Part shown: piece by piece, positions 17,719-27,223 of the stretch | Layout: each line of letters opens with the position of its first letter | Position numbering within the stretch: the first letter of the stretch is position 1 | Assembly: GCF_056746865.1 (NCBI RefSeq) | Contig: NZ_JBWKMP010000003.1 | Direction: 5' to 3' (one strand) | From: a plasmid | DNA length: 64,000 nt | Translations under genes and position numbers: made by a program | Notes under the pieces: generated by a model | Seen by the model: only the letters and a program-made list of their open reading frames with translations | Databases searched by the model: none | What the model was told of the DNA's origin: nothing

Positions 17719-18447
17719 TTATTCCTGAATGCGCTTAAACTCGATTACCCACACCCAGGGATTAGCGTTCCAGCTTTCTTCACCATAGATGGATTCCCAC
17801 AGGCGCTGGAACGCAACCTTGGCCATTGCGAAATCCCCCTTGGGAGTAAGGAATGTTCCCGGGTGATCAGGAAGCAAACTTCCAGCAGGCGGAACGCCCT
17901 CAGCCCTTGCATCGCATTCGCTGATATCGTTCAACCGTTCAACGCGCACGTTGGTAATTTCCAACAGAATGCGTGATGCCCATCGCGGCATGTGAATTGA
18001 TGGACGCCACCCACCATCAAACTTTTCATTCACAGTGTGAGGTTTCCAGTCGGCATCATCGGGTATCGACCATAAGCCGTAATCACCAGGTTTTTGCTCG
18101 CAACTGGCCCGATAAATCCTTGCTGCGTTCTTCTCATCGCCACGACAAAGGTTGTCGTTCCAGTCCACACTGCAACCATCCTCATTGCCTAATATCGCCC
18201 ATGTTTCACGAACCCAAATTCGATCGCCGACGATACCAAATGGGCAATTGAAAACACTGCTTACACCATCAGCCCCGTACCACTGAAAACCTGCACCAAT
18301 TTTTCTAACCATCACTGGTGCTTCTGGACCAACTTCCGCAGGCTGATTTTTCATTATCCGCCGCGTCTGCGTTTTCCTTCCTTCGAGGATGGCCCGGACC
18401 ATCTCATCGTTAAAAATCATCCCGCGTTCTTTCATTTTTTGATCCAC
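17719..18447 (-). CDS. ASCH-domain-like protein
   Basis: N-terminal FNDEMVRAILEGRKTQTRR and C-terminal WVWVIEFKRI resemble YqfB-type ASCH proteins. Confidence 0.45.
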   Translation of the reverse strand: MDQKMKERGMIFNDEMVRAILEGRKTQTRRIMKNQPAEVGPEAPVMVRKIGAGFQWYGADGVSSVFNCPFGIVGDRIWVRETWAILGNEDGCSVDWNDNLCRGDEKNAARIYRASCEQKPGDYGLWSIPDDADWKPHTVNEKFDGGWRPSIHMPRWASRILLEITNVRVERLNDISECDARAEGVPPAGSLLPDHPGTFLTPKGDFAMAKVAFQRLWESIYGEESWNANPWVWVIEFKRIQE

Positions 18448-18451
18448 TCCA

Positions 18452-19447
18452 TCAGTTATTGAACGTGATCACTCCGCGCTCGATGGCGAAGTCGAAAAGC
18501 TGGTTGGCGGCTACGTAAAGGCGTATGCCATGTGCTTTTTCCCATGCCCGGACATCGTTTTCTGCGCTTCTGGCGCATTCATCGCAAAGAGGAACGGCCC
18601 AGCGATCGTGTTCGTTTAACGAGCGGGCGCGGTACATGAACGGGTGATTAACTTTGCCTCCGCATCCGATGCACGGACGAGAAATCACAAACCGGAGATA
18701 AGCCGGGCTTTTACCGAGAACCGCTTTTGGTCGGCGCATATACAGCAGGCCGGAATCCTCATCTACAGACAGGTTGACGATCTGCTCTGCGGTTATGTCC
18801 ACCAGCTCACGGGTGCTGTGCTCCCAGGTGATATCCGATTCTTTCAGTGTGCCGGTAGGGATTTCCTGTTTTGGCTGACAAAATGCAATGCGACCGGCTT
18901 CATCTGGCAGCTCGTCTTTCAGATTCCGGCGAATGGCCCAAAAAGTGAGTTCAACCATGCTCAGATCGCGTTCTGGCGGTAGTTTTAACTCGCTCGCAGC
19001 CCAGTTCATAACCCAGTTGGCACGATTCAGGGATAACTGGTCATCCAGCTTGCCGTACCCCTTCATCATGTATTCCGCATCATGCTTCCAGCACAGGCGA
19101 ACGGCAGAGCCGTTATAGAAATGAGTGGTTAGCTGGTGGCTGCAATCGCGCTTATCGTGCGCCTGGCAATCGTGGATATTGGAACTTACCCAATGAACAA
19201 GCGAATCTTCACCGCCTAATGCGTTAAATACGCGCTCGCTTTGAAAAAATGCTTTCAGAGACTGGTTGGCAACCAGCGAATAGTTCAGATCCACTACGCC
19301 ATCTGGCGTGTTTTCAGCCTGTTCGCGCGGAAGTGGAGAGATAATGAAACGGCGACCTGCGCCAATGTAGTTGCTGGTGGGCTTGTCTACCGGAAAGACA
19401 GCCACACCAGCTCCGTTTACGAAATGAGGTGTGATTATTGCACTCAT
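18452..19447 (-). CDS. DUF968-like protein with a C-terminal Ref/HNH-like Cys-His cluster
   Basis: RPCIGCGG..H....VPLCDEC at the C-terminus, similar in pattern to the ref-like gene at 24641. Confidence 0.45.
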   Translation of the reverse strand: MSAIITPHFVNGAGVAVFPVDKPTSNYIGAGRRFIISPLPREQAENTPDGVVDLNYSLVANQSLKAFFQSERVFNALGGEDSLVHWVSSNIHDCQAHDKRDCSHQLTTHFYNGSAVRLCWKHDAEYMMKGYGKLDDQLSLNRANWVMNWAASELKLPPERDLSMVELTFWAIRRNLKDELPDEAGRIAFCQPKQEIPTGTLKESDITWEHSTRELVDITAEQIVNLSVDEDSGLLYMRRPKAVLGKSPAYLRFVISRPCIGCGGKVNHPFMYRARSLNEHDRWAVPLCDECARSAENDVRAWEKAHGIRLYVAANQLFDFAIERGVITFNN

Positions 19448-19490
19448 AATGTATACCGACTCTGTTTTGTTCCGAGCGGTAAAATAATAT

Positions 19491-19520
19491 GTTAGAAAAT
19501 TAAAATCAATATTCTAACAC
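19491..19520. promoter_or_regulatory. operator-like imperfect palindrome (internal promoter region)
   Basis: GTTAGAAAAT..ATTCTAACAC between the phosphatase gene and the DUF968-like gene. Confidence 0.4.
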
Positions 19521-19551
19521 GGTTTTGAGTGCATAAACGATGTGTTCAGGA

Positions 19552-20238
19552 TTACGGCTGGCCTCCCTTCACCTGCTTTAGCGTCAGATTTCCGCAAAAA
19601 ACCGCGCCAGTGTCTATGTAGTGCTGGTTCCAGAAAGATTTCGGGCTGTTTACTGGCGTATGCCCGAAAATAAAGCTATCTGCACCAGTGATCATTCCAC
19701 CAACACCATCAACCGCGTCATAAAATCGCTCACGCCGCCAGGTAACATTGAGATCGCTAACAGGTTTACCAAACTGGTATTCGTTATCAGGATAGTCGGC
19801 ATGGGCTATAACGATAGTTTCATGCCCGGTGTTCAACTCAATGATATAGGGTAAACGTCTTACCAGCTCCACCAGCGCCCTGGCTAATATTTCCCGATCA
19901 GCGTCCAGCATGAAGAACCATTGGCCGCCATTCATTAGCCAGTTATTCACGTTGCCTGCGGGGCTTAACGCATCGATCATTAATCGCTCGTGGTTTCCCA
20001 TAACCGACCGAAACCAGGGCATCTGCAATAGCTCCAAGCATTCAACATTTTCGGTGCCGCGATCGATAAGGTCGCCAACCGATATCAGTAAATCCTGTGT
20101 CGGGTCAAAGTCCACACGATGAAGTTCAGACATCAATCTGGTGTAGCAACCATGCAGATCACCAACAACCCATATGTTTCTGTAGCCTGAACCATCAATA
20201 CGGCCATATAAATTCACTTCATGCAGCGCCTGGGTCAT
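19552..20238 (-). CDS. Ser/Thr protein phosphatase (lambda PP / NinI-like)
   Basis: Metallophosphoesterase motifs GDLHG, GDLIDRG, GNHE; start at the internal ATG. Confidence 0.75.
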   Translation of the reverse strand: MTQALHEVNLYGRIDGSGYRNIWVVGDLHGCYTRLMSELHRVDFDPTQDLLISVGDLIDRGTENVECLELLQMPWFRSVMGNHERLMIDALSPAGNVNNWLMNGGQWFFMLDADREILARALVELVRRLPYIIELNTGHETIVIAHADYPDNEYQFGKPVSDLNVTWRRERFYDAVDGVGGMITGADSFIFGHTPVNSPKSFWNQHYIDTGAVFCGNLTLKQVKGGQP

Positions 20239-20546
20239 GCGGCAACCTTCTCCCGCAGCCAGATACAAACCGGGCCATCTTCAGTGTCATGAATAGAGCC
20301 AACAAACCATCCTTCGCCCTCTGGTCGCTCTGGTTCCCAGGCGGCAATATCGGGACCATCTGCGTCCAGATTAAAATGATCTTCATCCATACTGCGAATA
20401 GTCCACTGAAGATTATTATCCTTCATCCAGGCGTCAAATTCCTCAGTGGATATATATTCACGACCTGCGCAAAACTTTTCATATTCCGGATGTGTCCAGC
20501 AGCCATATTCATCACGTTCTACCGGCATTTCTTTAATGATGCTCAC
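20235..20546 (-). CDS. hypothetical protein
   Basis: 103 aa; start and stop overlap the neighbouring genes. Confidence 0.4.
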   Translation of the reverse strand: MSIIKEMPVERDEYGCWTHPEYEKFCAGREYISTEEFDAWMKDNNLQWTIRSMDEDHFNLDADGPDIAAWEPERPEGEGWFVGSIHDTEDGPVCIWLREKVAA

Positions 20547-20767
20547 TCTTCATCCTCCAAGTCGGCAACGGCCTCCATCACATCAGAACCGCGAATAACC
20601 TCAAAAGCACGGCAGGCCATTTCAAACACCTGTTGTTCTTGCGGATGCGGTGACTCCCAATACTTAAAACCAGGTCGATGCTCGTAACCCAACATGGAAT
20701 AAAAATCGCCAGCAAGTTCAATCGCTGCATCAACAAGTTCGCGATTTGTCATCGTCTGTTCTGTCAT
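20543..20767 (-). CDS. hypothetical protein
   Basis: 74-aa acidic ORF in the operon chain. Confidence 0.4.
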   Translation of the reverse strand: MTEQTMTNRELVDAAIELAGDFYSMLGYEHRPGFKYWESPHPQEQQVFEMACRAFEVIRGSDVMEAVADLEDEE

Positions 20768-21039
20768 TTTGTTTTCTCCTGTCTGAACATCACTATCATC
20801 AGGTCGCCTTTTGTCGCTATCCTGGCTGTTGTACCTGGTTCAATGCGGCTAAGCTCAAATGCGTCATAGAACGCTTCTAATGCCTTCTGGCGTAGTTCCT
20901 GTTTGCGCCGTTTTTTCCACTGTTTTAGGAAAATGGAACCCAGCCATCGCCATGTACGGGACATGATGTAAAGCCAACCGAGAAGTGCCAGACCGGTATT
21001 TAGGAGCGTATCGATCGTTATTGTCGTGTCGATATTCAC
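20764..21039 (-). CDS. small membrane protein
   Basis: GTG start overlapping the upstream stop after the conserved AAGGAGG; one hydrophobic helix. Confidence 0.4.
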   Translation of the reverse strand: MNIDTTITIDTLLNTGLALLGWLYIMSRTWRWLGSIFLKQWKKRRKQELRQKALEAFYDAFELSRIEPGTTARIATKGDLMIVMFRQEKTK

Positions 21040-21803
21040 TGGCTGCCTCCTTTGCGAAGCTGGTCGGCGAACAAACGTACACTAGACGCTTCACTGCGTA
21101 GAAACTTAACGGCATAATCAAAACCACCTCGTTCTGCGTCGTCTGCTCCGTTGTCGAGGTTATCTGCGTACATCTCTACCCCCTGCGCACGTACTTCAGC
21201 CAGGAAAGCATCGGTGGCTGGGGTATCAACACGGATACTGTCGCGCAAGATGAAAAATGCATTGAGCATTCCAGTCTCTGGCACTTCATCCTGATGCTTC
21301 TCATACGCATCAAGAGCCTTCATCATCTCAGCTCCGAATGGTTGAGGGTGCACAGACTTCAGCTCCGCATTCTCCGCCGCCAGCACCGCGCGTTCGCTCT
21401 CCAGTTCTGTAATGCGCCGTCTTGCAGCATCCAGTTCAATCGACAATTTTCCCAACTGCTCTTTATGCTTCTTGTATTCCTGATATGCGTGCCAAGACTG
21501 ACCTTTGCGCACACTATCCGTGATATCAGTAATCTGTTCTGGTGTTAGCGTGGTCAGTGGCTGTGCTGGGAAAATCAGCACTTTCCCAGCATCCCAATCA
21601 AAACCCACCTGAATTGACTGAACCTCAACTGATGGTGTTGAACCGATGCGACCAGGCGAATGAACAACGATCGTTACATCCATATCGCGACGATGGCTGT
21701 GGTTGTTGGACAAAATACGATTCACCAACTCCGAGAATTTGGAAAATTTCATGCTGATTCCCTTTGCTCTTCCTGGATAATGTTGTTGCAATCTTTCACG
21801 CAC
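21036..21803 (-). CDS. accessory protein, [13 protein letters not shown] / QLRKGGSQ paralog family
   Basis: 255 aa; motif shared with 15909-16571. Confidence 0.5.
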   Translation of the reverse strand: MRERLQQHYPGRAKGISMKFSKFSELVNRILSNNHSHRRDMDVTIVVHSPGRIGSTPSVEVQSIQVGFDWDAGKVLIFPAQPLTTLTPEQITDITDSVRKGQSWHAYQEYKKHKEQLGKLSIELDAARRRITELESERAVLAAENAELKSVHPQPFGAEMMKALDAYEKHQDEVPETGMLNAFFILRDSIRVDTPATDAFLAEVRAQGVEMYADNLDNGADDAERGGFDYAVKFLRSEASSVRLFADQLRKGGSQ

Positions 21804-22072
21804 TCGTTGCAGATGAAAACGTTGTCCCCGGCAATTAACTTTTTAACGGTGTGCTGGGATTTGTTGCAGAAGCTGCAATAAAGCGTTGGACTGGCTGATA
21901 TGGATGGTGCGCCAGATGTCAGCCGCGCGATGTCGTTCTTGCGACGCAATATCACACGGCTGCACTCGACCAGCATCTCCGGGGATATATCCTCCTCCGT
22001 GGCGAGCGCCTCCAGACGTTCGAGCAAGCGAAATACTTTTTCCTGGGTGATTGCAGAATGCGATGTGGTCAT
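21749..22072 (-). CDS. ClpX N-terminal zinc-binding-domain-like protein
   Basis: [36 protein letters not shown] closely mirrors the ClpX C4 zinc-binding domain; AAGGAGAG Shine-Dalgarno; no AAA+ module. Confidence 0.5.
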   Translation of the reverse strand: MTTSHSAITQEKVFRLLERLEALATEEDISPEMLVECSRVILRRKNDIARLTSGAPSISASPTLYCSFCNKSQHTVKKLIAGDNVFICNECVKDCNNIIQEEQRESA

Positions 22073-22073
22073 C

Positions 22074-22724
22074 TCACTCTCCTTTGATGCGAATGCCAGC
22101 GGCACGGGAGTCATTCCATCGCTTTACTTCTTCACGAATTACGTCAATGCATTCTTTCGAATCCATTAGGTAATCTTCATCAAAAAGCCTTTCCTGTTCG
22201 TTTTCTATCGCAACAATGATTGCTTCAACTAACTTTTGTGCCTGAGAACCACTTTCTAACTCTGCAATGCGCTTCTCTGCGGCTTCCAGCTTCTCGCGCA
22301 TATCGTCAACGTACTCGACCAGAGATCCGCCAGCAGGAATTTCGCACTCCTCGACCAGTTGGAAGTAGATATCAGCTGCGGCCCGTGTGTTGCTATGCCT
22401 AGCGTCGCCCATCTCACCTTCACGAAGAGCATCGCGTTCGGCGGTAAGATTGGCTATTTTGCTGTCTTTGCCTTCAAGCTCAACGCGCAGCTTCCCTACC
22501 GTTAGCGCAATATCCTCGTTCTCCTGGTCGCGGCGTTTTATGTATTGCTGGTTTCTTTCCCGTTCATCCAGCAGCGCCAGCACAATGTGTGGCGTTATCA
22601 AGGACTCAAATTCGGCAACAGCTTGCTCACCTCGCTTGTAATTCTTAATCCCACCTAAATCTTTCGCGTTCTGTGCCGCCTCACGCAGCGCCAGTGTGTC
22701 GATGTCGATGTCGATGTTGCTCAT
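22074..22724 (-). CDS. Ea22-like family protein
   Basis: Shares the [35 protein letters not shown] block and C-terminal AAGIRIKGE with 15160-15912. Confidence 0.55.
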   Translation of the reverse strand: MSNIDIDIDTLALREAAQNAKDLGGIKNYKRGEQAVAEFESLITPHIVLALLDERERNQQYIKRRDQENEDIALTVGKLRVELEGKDSKIANLTAERDALREGEMGDARHSNTRAAADIYFQLVEECEIPAGGSLVEYVDDMREKLEAAEKRIAELESGSQAQKLVEAIIVAIENEQERLFDEDYLMDSKECIDVIREEVKRWNDSRAAGIRIKGE

Positions 22725-22954
22725 TGTGCCTCCTCGATTTCGTCCCATTCCACCCAGGCATTCTCTCCATCAGCATCGATTTCACCTTTGTGACCGCATT
22801 TGGAACAAACGGCCTCATCACCCGCCCACAAAGAATCTTTGGTTACCGACCATCCTGTTACCCTGGCTTTGCCGTGCTGGCACCTAGGGCAATCATCAAG
22901 CCATTCGACTTCGACCGTTGAAGGACCAAATCCATGTTCAGTTCGGATGCTCAT
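22721..22954 (-). CDS. zinc-ribbon protein
   Basis: CPRCQHG...CSKCGH; AAGGAG Shine-Dalgarno; overlaps the upstream stop. Confidence 0.45.
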   Translation of the reverse strand: MSIRTEHGFGPSTVEVEWLDDCPRCQHGKARVTGWSVTKDSLWAGDEAVCSKCGHKGEIDADGENAWVEWDEIEEAQ

Positions 22955-23454
22955 GACTGAACTCCTTTGCGAATCTGTTCCGCCCATTCTTCAAGGGATT
23001 TCTCCGCATATTCACCGGACAGGCCATCAATCGGATGCGGTTCATTAGCCAACTCTTCTTTCGCTGACAAAATCATGCGTGTAACGTCGAAAACTTCACG
23101 CAAAGACTTATTGATAAATCCGTGATTGAACGCAGCAGCAAGACGGCTTGCGGTGTAGTTAATCCCCTCGTTGCGTGCCTCCGCACGTATTTCAGCCAGG
23201 AAAGCGTCGGTGGCTGACATATTTCCTGTTGCCTTCATGGCCTTCAAAATAACCAGAACGCCATCTTGCCCAACCAACTCGGAGATAATCTCAGTGTTGT
23301 CGCCAACAACCTCACAGAATGCCTGAACAGCTTTACGAGCAAGTGCATTCTCCGCCGCCAGCGCCGCGCGCTCTTTCTCAAGTCGGGAAATTTCCGTTAC
23401 ATACTCAGCGTTACGCTCTGCCAGTTGTGCGGGCGTTAAACCTTCAGACTTCAT
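22951..23454 (-). CDS. accessory protein, TDAFLAEIRA paralog family
   Basis: 167 aa; motif family as 15909-16571. Confidence 0.45.
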   Translation of the reverse strand: MKSEGLTPAQLAERNAEYVTEISRLEKERAALAAENALARKAVQAFCEVVGDNTEIISELVGQDGVLVILKAMKATGNMSATDAFLAEIRAEARNEGINYTASRLAAAFNHGFINKSLREVFDVTRMILSAKEELANEPHPIDGLSGEYAEKSLEEWAEQIRKGVQS

Positions 23455-23728
23455 GCACTCTCCTTTCGAAATAAACGTACTGATTAATCATGCCCAGGGG
23501 CATTTCGAACTTTTCTGCGATCTCACGGCGGGGAACGCCACACTGATGAAGCTGCCGCGCCAGCTCTATATCGCTCTGCCGGTATTTGGCTGACTGGTGA
23601 AAGTCACCTTTCAGAATCATGCTGATCCGCAATTGCCGCGCTTTAGTCCTGACAGCACCACCGGTACGCCCGATCAGTCTCCCAATACCCTCGACTGTCA
23701 TAGTCCCGGCGCACTGGCGGAGTATCAT
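23444..23728 (-). CDS. putative DNA-binding protein
   Basis: Two helix-turn-helix-like repeats (GRLIGRTGGAVRTKARQL and GVPRREIAEKFEMP). Confidence 0.35.
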   Translation of the reverse strand: MILRQCAGTMTVEGIGRLIGRTGGAVRTKARQLRISMILKGDFHQSAKYRQSDIELARQLHQCGVPRREIAEKFEMPLGMINQYVYFERRVHEV

Positions 23729-23757
23729 GATTTCTGCCCTTCCCCATCCCCGCCAGC

Positions 23758-24369
23758 TCACGCAGAACTCCTTCTAACCAAAAGAACGCCATCTTCAGAA
23801 ACAACGTTGCAGGACTTCAGGTAATTCATTGCCTCTTTCGGTAATGGATTCTTTGGATCGGCGCTTGCCAGGGATTTCGATAACCTCATGATAAATTTGA
23901 TCATTACCTTCTGACGGAGCTTGTGCTCATGGGATGCAGACAGGTAATAGGAAATGGTATGGGCTAAACGCTCACGAAGCTGTTCTGTGCCGTGATATAC
24001 AGCAGCGATATCACGCAGTGCATTGACCAGTTCCCGGTAAATATGCGGAGCAACCTGGCATTCAATGTTGGTTGGTGACTCATAAATTACATTCAGCCCC
24101 AGCTTTTGAGCCAGCTCGTGCTCTGCACGAGCGCCAACTGATTCCTCCCACCCCTTGAGCAAATAGACCGCATTAGCCGAACGCACCATTGCAAGGCAAA
24201 TATCCATGTATTCGCTCTGGCAGAGGCCAGCAGGTAACAGCGCCGGATTCAGAACAATATGCCCTACCTCCATCAGCTCTTTTGCTTTCGAAAAAAACGC
24301 TGTGCGGTTGTAGTCGGGATAACCAGTCATCGGACCCGCGATGTAAATTTTCATAATGCGTTTTGACAT
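23758..24369 (-). CDS. DUF4406 (nucleoside 2-deoxyribosyltransferase-like) protein
   Basis: MKIYIAGPMTGYPDYN N-terminal signature; start at the internal ATG. Confidence 0.55.
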   Translation of the reverse strand: MSKRIMKIYIAGPMTGYPDYNRTAFFSKAKELMEVGHIVLNPALLPAGLCQSEYMDICLAMVRSANAVYLLKGWEESVGARAEHELAQKLGLNVIYESPTNIECQVAPHIYRELVNALRDIAAVYHGTEQLRERLAHTISYYLSASHEHKLRQKVMIKFIMRLSKSLASADPKNPLPKEAMNYLKSCNVVSEDGVLLVRRSSA

Positions 24370-24521
24370 CAAAGTTTCCCCAGGAACGTTACGCAAAAGT
24401 TAATGAGAGCAAAGAGTTCAATGCCCAGCTCAAACAACGCCAGGACAGTGAAAAACAGGGCATATAGCAACCCAATTTCTGTACCGGATTGCTGGTGGAT
24501 TGCACTTATTGCGACAAGCAT
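24369..24521 (-). CDS. small hydrophobic peptide, first gene of the leftward operon
   Basis: 50 aa; GGAGG Shine-Dalgarno; stop overlaps the DUF4406 ATG (TGATG). Confidence 0.3.
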   Translation of the reverse strand: MLVAISAIHQQSGTEIGLLYALFFTVLALFELGIELFALINFCVTFLGKL

Positions 24522-24564
24522 CATGACCTCCTGATATAGCGTCTGAAAAAAGTATCTTCATTTT

Positions 24565-24596
24565 GTGTTAGAAAATCAATTTTGATTTTCTAACAC
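24565..24596. promoter_or_regulatory. palindromic operator in the divergent promoter region
   Basis: GTGTTAGAAAATCAA-tt-TTGATTTTCTAACAC; 15-bp arms, perfect apart from the centre. Confidence 0.55.
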
Positions 24597-24640
24597 TTTT
24601 GATCAACCATAGCGGCGATGTAGACAAACCGGGTATTTCT

Positions 24641-25216
24641 ATGAAGCAAAGCTATTGGGAGAAACAGACACAAAAAGCCCTGCAAAAACTGGCTGATCCG
24701 AAATGGCGGGAGGAACAAAGGGCAAAGCGTCTTCAGCAAGCTCAACGCCAGCAGCAGCGTGCGCGAGAAAAAGCCGCATCGCCTGAATATCGGCAAAAGA
24801 AAATTGAAAAAGCGAAGCAATATGAACAGCGAAGAAAAGAGAAGGCCGCTTCTGCTCCTGTCAAAAAAACTCGCGCGTCACGCGGCCTGAAAGGCAGAAC
24901 ACTCACAGCAGATGAGCGCCGGATACAAACTGCCATCGGTGCTCTCCCCTGCATTGCCTGCCATATGCACGGACAGCATAGCCCTGTGGTATCCCTGCAC
25001 CACATCTTCGGGAGAACAGCAGAAAACGCGCATAAATACGTCCTCCCTTTGTGTAAATGGCACCATCAACACGCAGCGCCAGCAGAGATCCGCGAGCAAT
25101 ACCCCTGGTTGGTTCCTGTTCATGCTGATGGAAAAATAGGCGGCAAAGCAGATTTCAGGCGGCACAATGCTGATGAAATGACGTTGTATCAGATGGTGAC
25201 TGAATTAATAAATTAA
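24641..25216 (+). CDS. ref: Ref-like HNH endonuclease (recombination enhancement function)
   Basis: Highly charged, basic N-terminal region followed by a Cys/His HNH-like core (CIACHMHG...LPLCKWHH); start at ATG 24641, not the track's TTG. Confidence 0.5.
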   Translation: MKQSYWEKQTQKALQKLADPKWREEQRAKRLQQAQRQQQRAREKAASPEYRQKKIEKAKQYEQRRKEKAASAPVKKTRASRGLKGRTLTADERRIQTAIGALPCIACHMHGQHSPVVSLHHIFGRTAENAHKYVLPLCKWHHQHAAPAEIREQYPWLVPVHADGKIGGKADFRRHNADEMTLYQMVTELIN

Positions 25217-25547
25217 TTTTCTAACATTTTAAGTTGAATTGTGAAATTCGCCGTTGTACATTCACAACCGATTGGTACACCGGTCAACTTTTTGAGACAA
25301 ACCGTTTGGTTTTTCGTATGATTGCCGCCGCCATACCAATGGCGGTGCAATATAGGTGGCTGAAAAGCCCCCGTTGACTCACGGTGTTCCAACCTTTATT
25401 GCGCCGCCACCAGACCGTGGAACAGTCGATGGCGGCTCCGAAAGCAAGGAGTCACTACACTATGAACAGCTACTGTCTTTTCCCATCACTCGTTATCCGC
25501 CACTCACGCGATAATCTGCATTCTTTACTCGCGCTGGGGGTGTCAAA

Positions 25548-25715
25548 ATGACCGTTCGCTATCTCAACTTTCAAATCCAGAACATCACTGGCGGTTGCTA
25601 TGACTGGTTTGTCACTCTCGGAAAAGAAGTGATCACCGGGAAGCTGGATGAAGTGAAAGCTAAAGCAATGGCCTACGCCTGCAAGCAAGCCCAAAAGAAG
25701 AAAAGAAAAGCATAA
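25548..25715 (+). CDS. small ORF (55 aa) with Lys-rich tail
   Basis: GGGGGTG Shine-Dalgarno; found by eye. Confidence 0.25.
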   Translation: MTVRYLNFQIQNITGGCYDWFVTLGKEVITGKLDEVKAKAMAYACKQAQKKKRKA

Positions 25716-25818
25716 GAAAACACACAGTTGCGCCCTGGCATTATCGTGGGGTATATTTCTACGGCACCTTAGAAAAACGGGTGCCGGGATTGGAACCCCG
25801 GATAATGTCAAAGGCGAC

Positions 25819-25846
25819 ACAGACGCCGAACGCGTCTTTTTTTGTG
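25819..25846 (+). terminator. hairpin with T-run between target site 1 and the c4-like RNA
   Basis: AGACGC-cgaac-GCGTCT followed by TTTTTTGTG; short stem. Confidence 0.35.
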
Positions 25847-25892
25847 TCATGCCATCGCACAGCCATACTTAGCGTTTAGCTCAGAGATCAAT

Positions 25893-25972
25893 GGTAGTGC
25901 TGGCTGGGCTGCCGAAAGGCAGGCCGGTTCCCTTTGACGCCGGTAGTTCCAACCCAGTCAGTGCTACCGCCA
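25893..25972 (+). ncRNA. c4-like antisense regulatory RNA (immI-type)
   Basis: About 80 nt; acceptor-like stem GGTAGTGC / GTGCTACC followed by G-CCA; internal GNRA hairpin CTGCC-gaaa-GGCAG; single-stranded CCCTTTGAC and GTTCCAACC complementary to sites at 25787-25814 and 25975-26020. Confidence 0.4.
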
Positions 25973-26028
25973 TTGAGATTGGAACCTCACGCGGTAGCTC
26001 CTTAACTTAGTCAAAGGAGGCTGCCAAT

Positions 26029-26244
26029 ATGGCTACTATCCCTACCCCAACTCATTCTGAATTTATCTGGCGTTTCTATTCCTGCCAAAAACACCTTTAT
26101 ATCTGCGTAATGGCTGCTACCGAAGCAGAGGCGCGCTCATACCTTCCCGAAGAACCCTGCATTTTTGCTGCTCGCTTCACTCTTGATGCGATGGAGATCC
26201 TCAATTACTGGAATCTGCCAATGAACTGCGTGGAGGTGCACTGA
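26029..26244 (+). CDS. Icd-like small protein, translationally coupled to ant
   Basis: 71 aa; AAGGAGG Shine-Dalgarno lies inside the predicted antisense target; stop overlaps the ant ATG. Confidence 0.45.
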   Translation: MATIPTPTHSEFIWRFYSCQKHLYICVMAATEAEARSYLPEEPCIFAARFTLDAMEILNYWNLPMNCVEVH

Positions 26245-27185
26245 TGAATCTGTCCATCTCTCAAAAAGCGACAATGACCAGCATTGAGATCGCGGAACTG
26301 GTAGGAAGTCGCCCAGATAGTGTGAAGAGAACTATCGAAACACTGGCTAAAAAGAGTGTGATTCAATTTCCACAATCTGTGGAAATTGAAAATAAACAAT
26401 CAGTTGGCCCTCGTCGATTTTCCAAGGCTTACATCTTTGAAGGCGAACAAGGAAAACGAGACAGCATCATTGTCGTCGCGCAGCTCTCTCCGGAATTTAC
26501 CGCCCGGCTGGTGGACCGCTGGCGCGAACTGGAGAATGCCCGGGTACAGTTAAAATCCAAAGCCGAAATCCTGGCCGAAATGGCGCAAATGCATCTTGAG
26601 CATGAACGCCGGATCAACGCCGTTAATGCCCAGGTAGCCGAAGTATCGGCACAAGTGTCCAGGGTCACCGAAACACTTGAGCAGATCAAGAAAGGCAATA
26701 TTCCAGAAGGCTACATTGGCTATCGCCAGTTGGCGGCAAAATGCGGCCTGACTGAAGCCAAATGCCGCAACCTGGTCAACGCTTACCGGATACCCACTGA
26801 TACGCATGAGTTTTTAACTCCCGACGGTTTGCTTGCGCGACGCTCCATTGTGGCCCTGGCCCCCTTCCGGAAAGCCTTTAAGCAGGTTATGTCGGAGGCA
26901 GAACCACGTAACAAACGCTGGTATCATCCCAGGATGGGGCTATTTCAGGCCATTCACCATCCTGTGCCTGAAAGTCCAAAGGCAAACCTGTCGTTGCATA
27001 CCGCCAGAGAGAAGATTAAAACAGGGTATGCAACCGTATGCCGTCGAGCATCCTGGCCTGAAAGTGTCTGGGTATGGCCCGAAAGAGGCTCACGGAAAAA
27101 CTGGCGCACCATTCGCGACGGCAAGATCTGTGCGATTGATTTACAGCCAGAAGATGTAGCAGCGACCGACTGGATTGTTAGTTAA
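26244..27185 (+). CDS. antirepressor-like protein (Rha-type N-terminal domain)
   Basis: N-terminal TSIEIAELVGSRPDSVKRTIETL resembles the Rha / phage-antirepressor N-domain; occupies the ant position. Confidence 0.55.
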   Translation: MNLSISQKATMTSIEIAELVGSRPDSVKRTIETLAKKSVIQFPQSVEIENKQSVGPRRFSKAYIFEGEQGKRDSIIVVAQLSPEFTARLVDRWRELENARVQLKSKAEILAEMAQMHLEHERRINAVNAQVAEVSAQVSRVTETLEQIKKGNIPEGYIGYRQLAAKCGLTEAKCRNLVNAYRIPTDTHEFLTPDGLLARRSIVALAPFRKAFKQVMSEAEPRNKRWYHPRMGLFQAIHHPVPESPKANLSLHTAREKIKTGYATVCRRASWPESVWVWPERGSRKNWRTIRDGKICAIDLQPEDVAATDWIVS

Positions 27186-27191
27186 TAGATT

Positions 27192-27215
27192 TGCCCCGGT
27201 CATGCCGGGGCTTTA
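27192..27215 (+). terminator. intrinsic terminator after ant
   Basis: GCCCCGG-tcat-GCCGGGGC followed by TTTAAC. Confidence 0.45.
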
Positions 27216-27223
27216 ACTACTAA

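Noticed and set aside
25893-25972. Calling the c4-like element a tRNA
   Set aside because: It has an acceptor-like stem and CCA, but I could not build a full cloverleaf with D and T arms.
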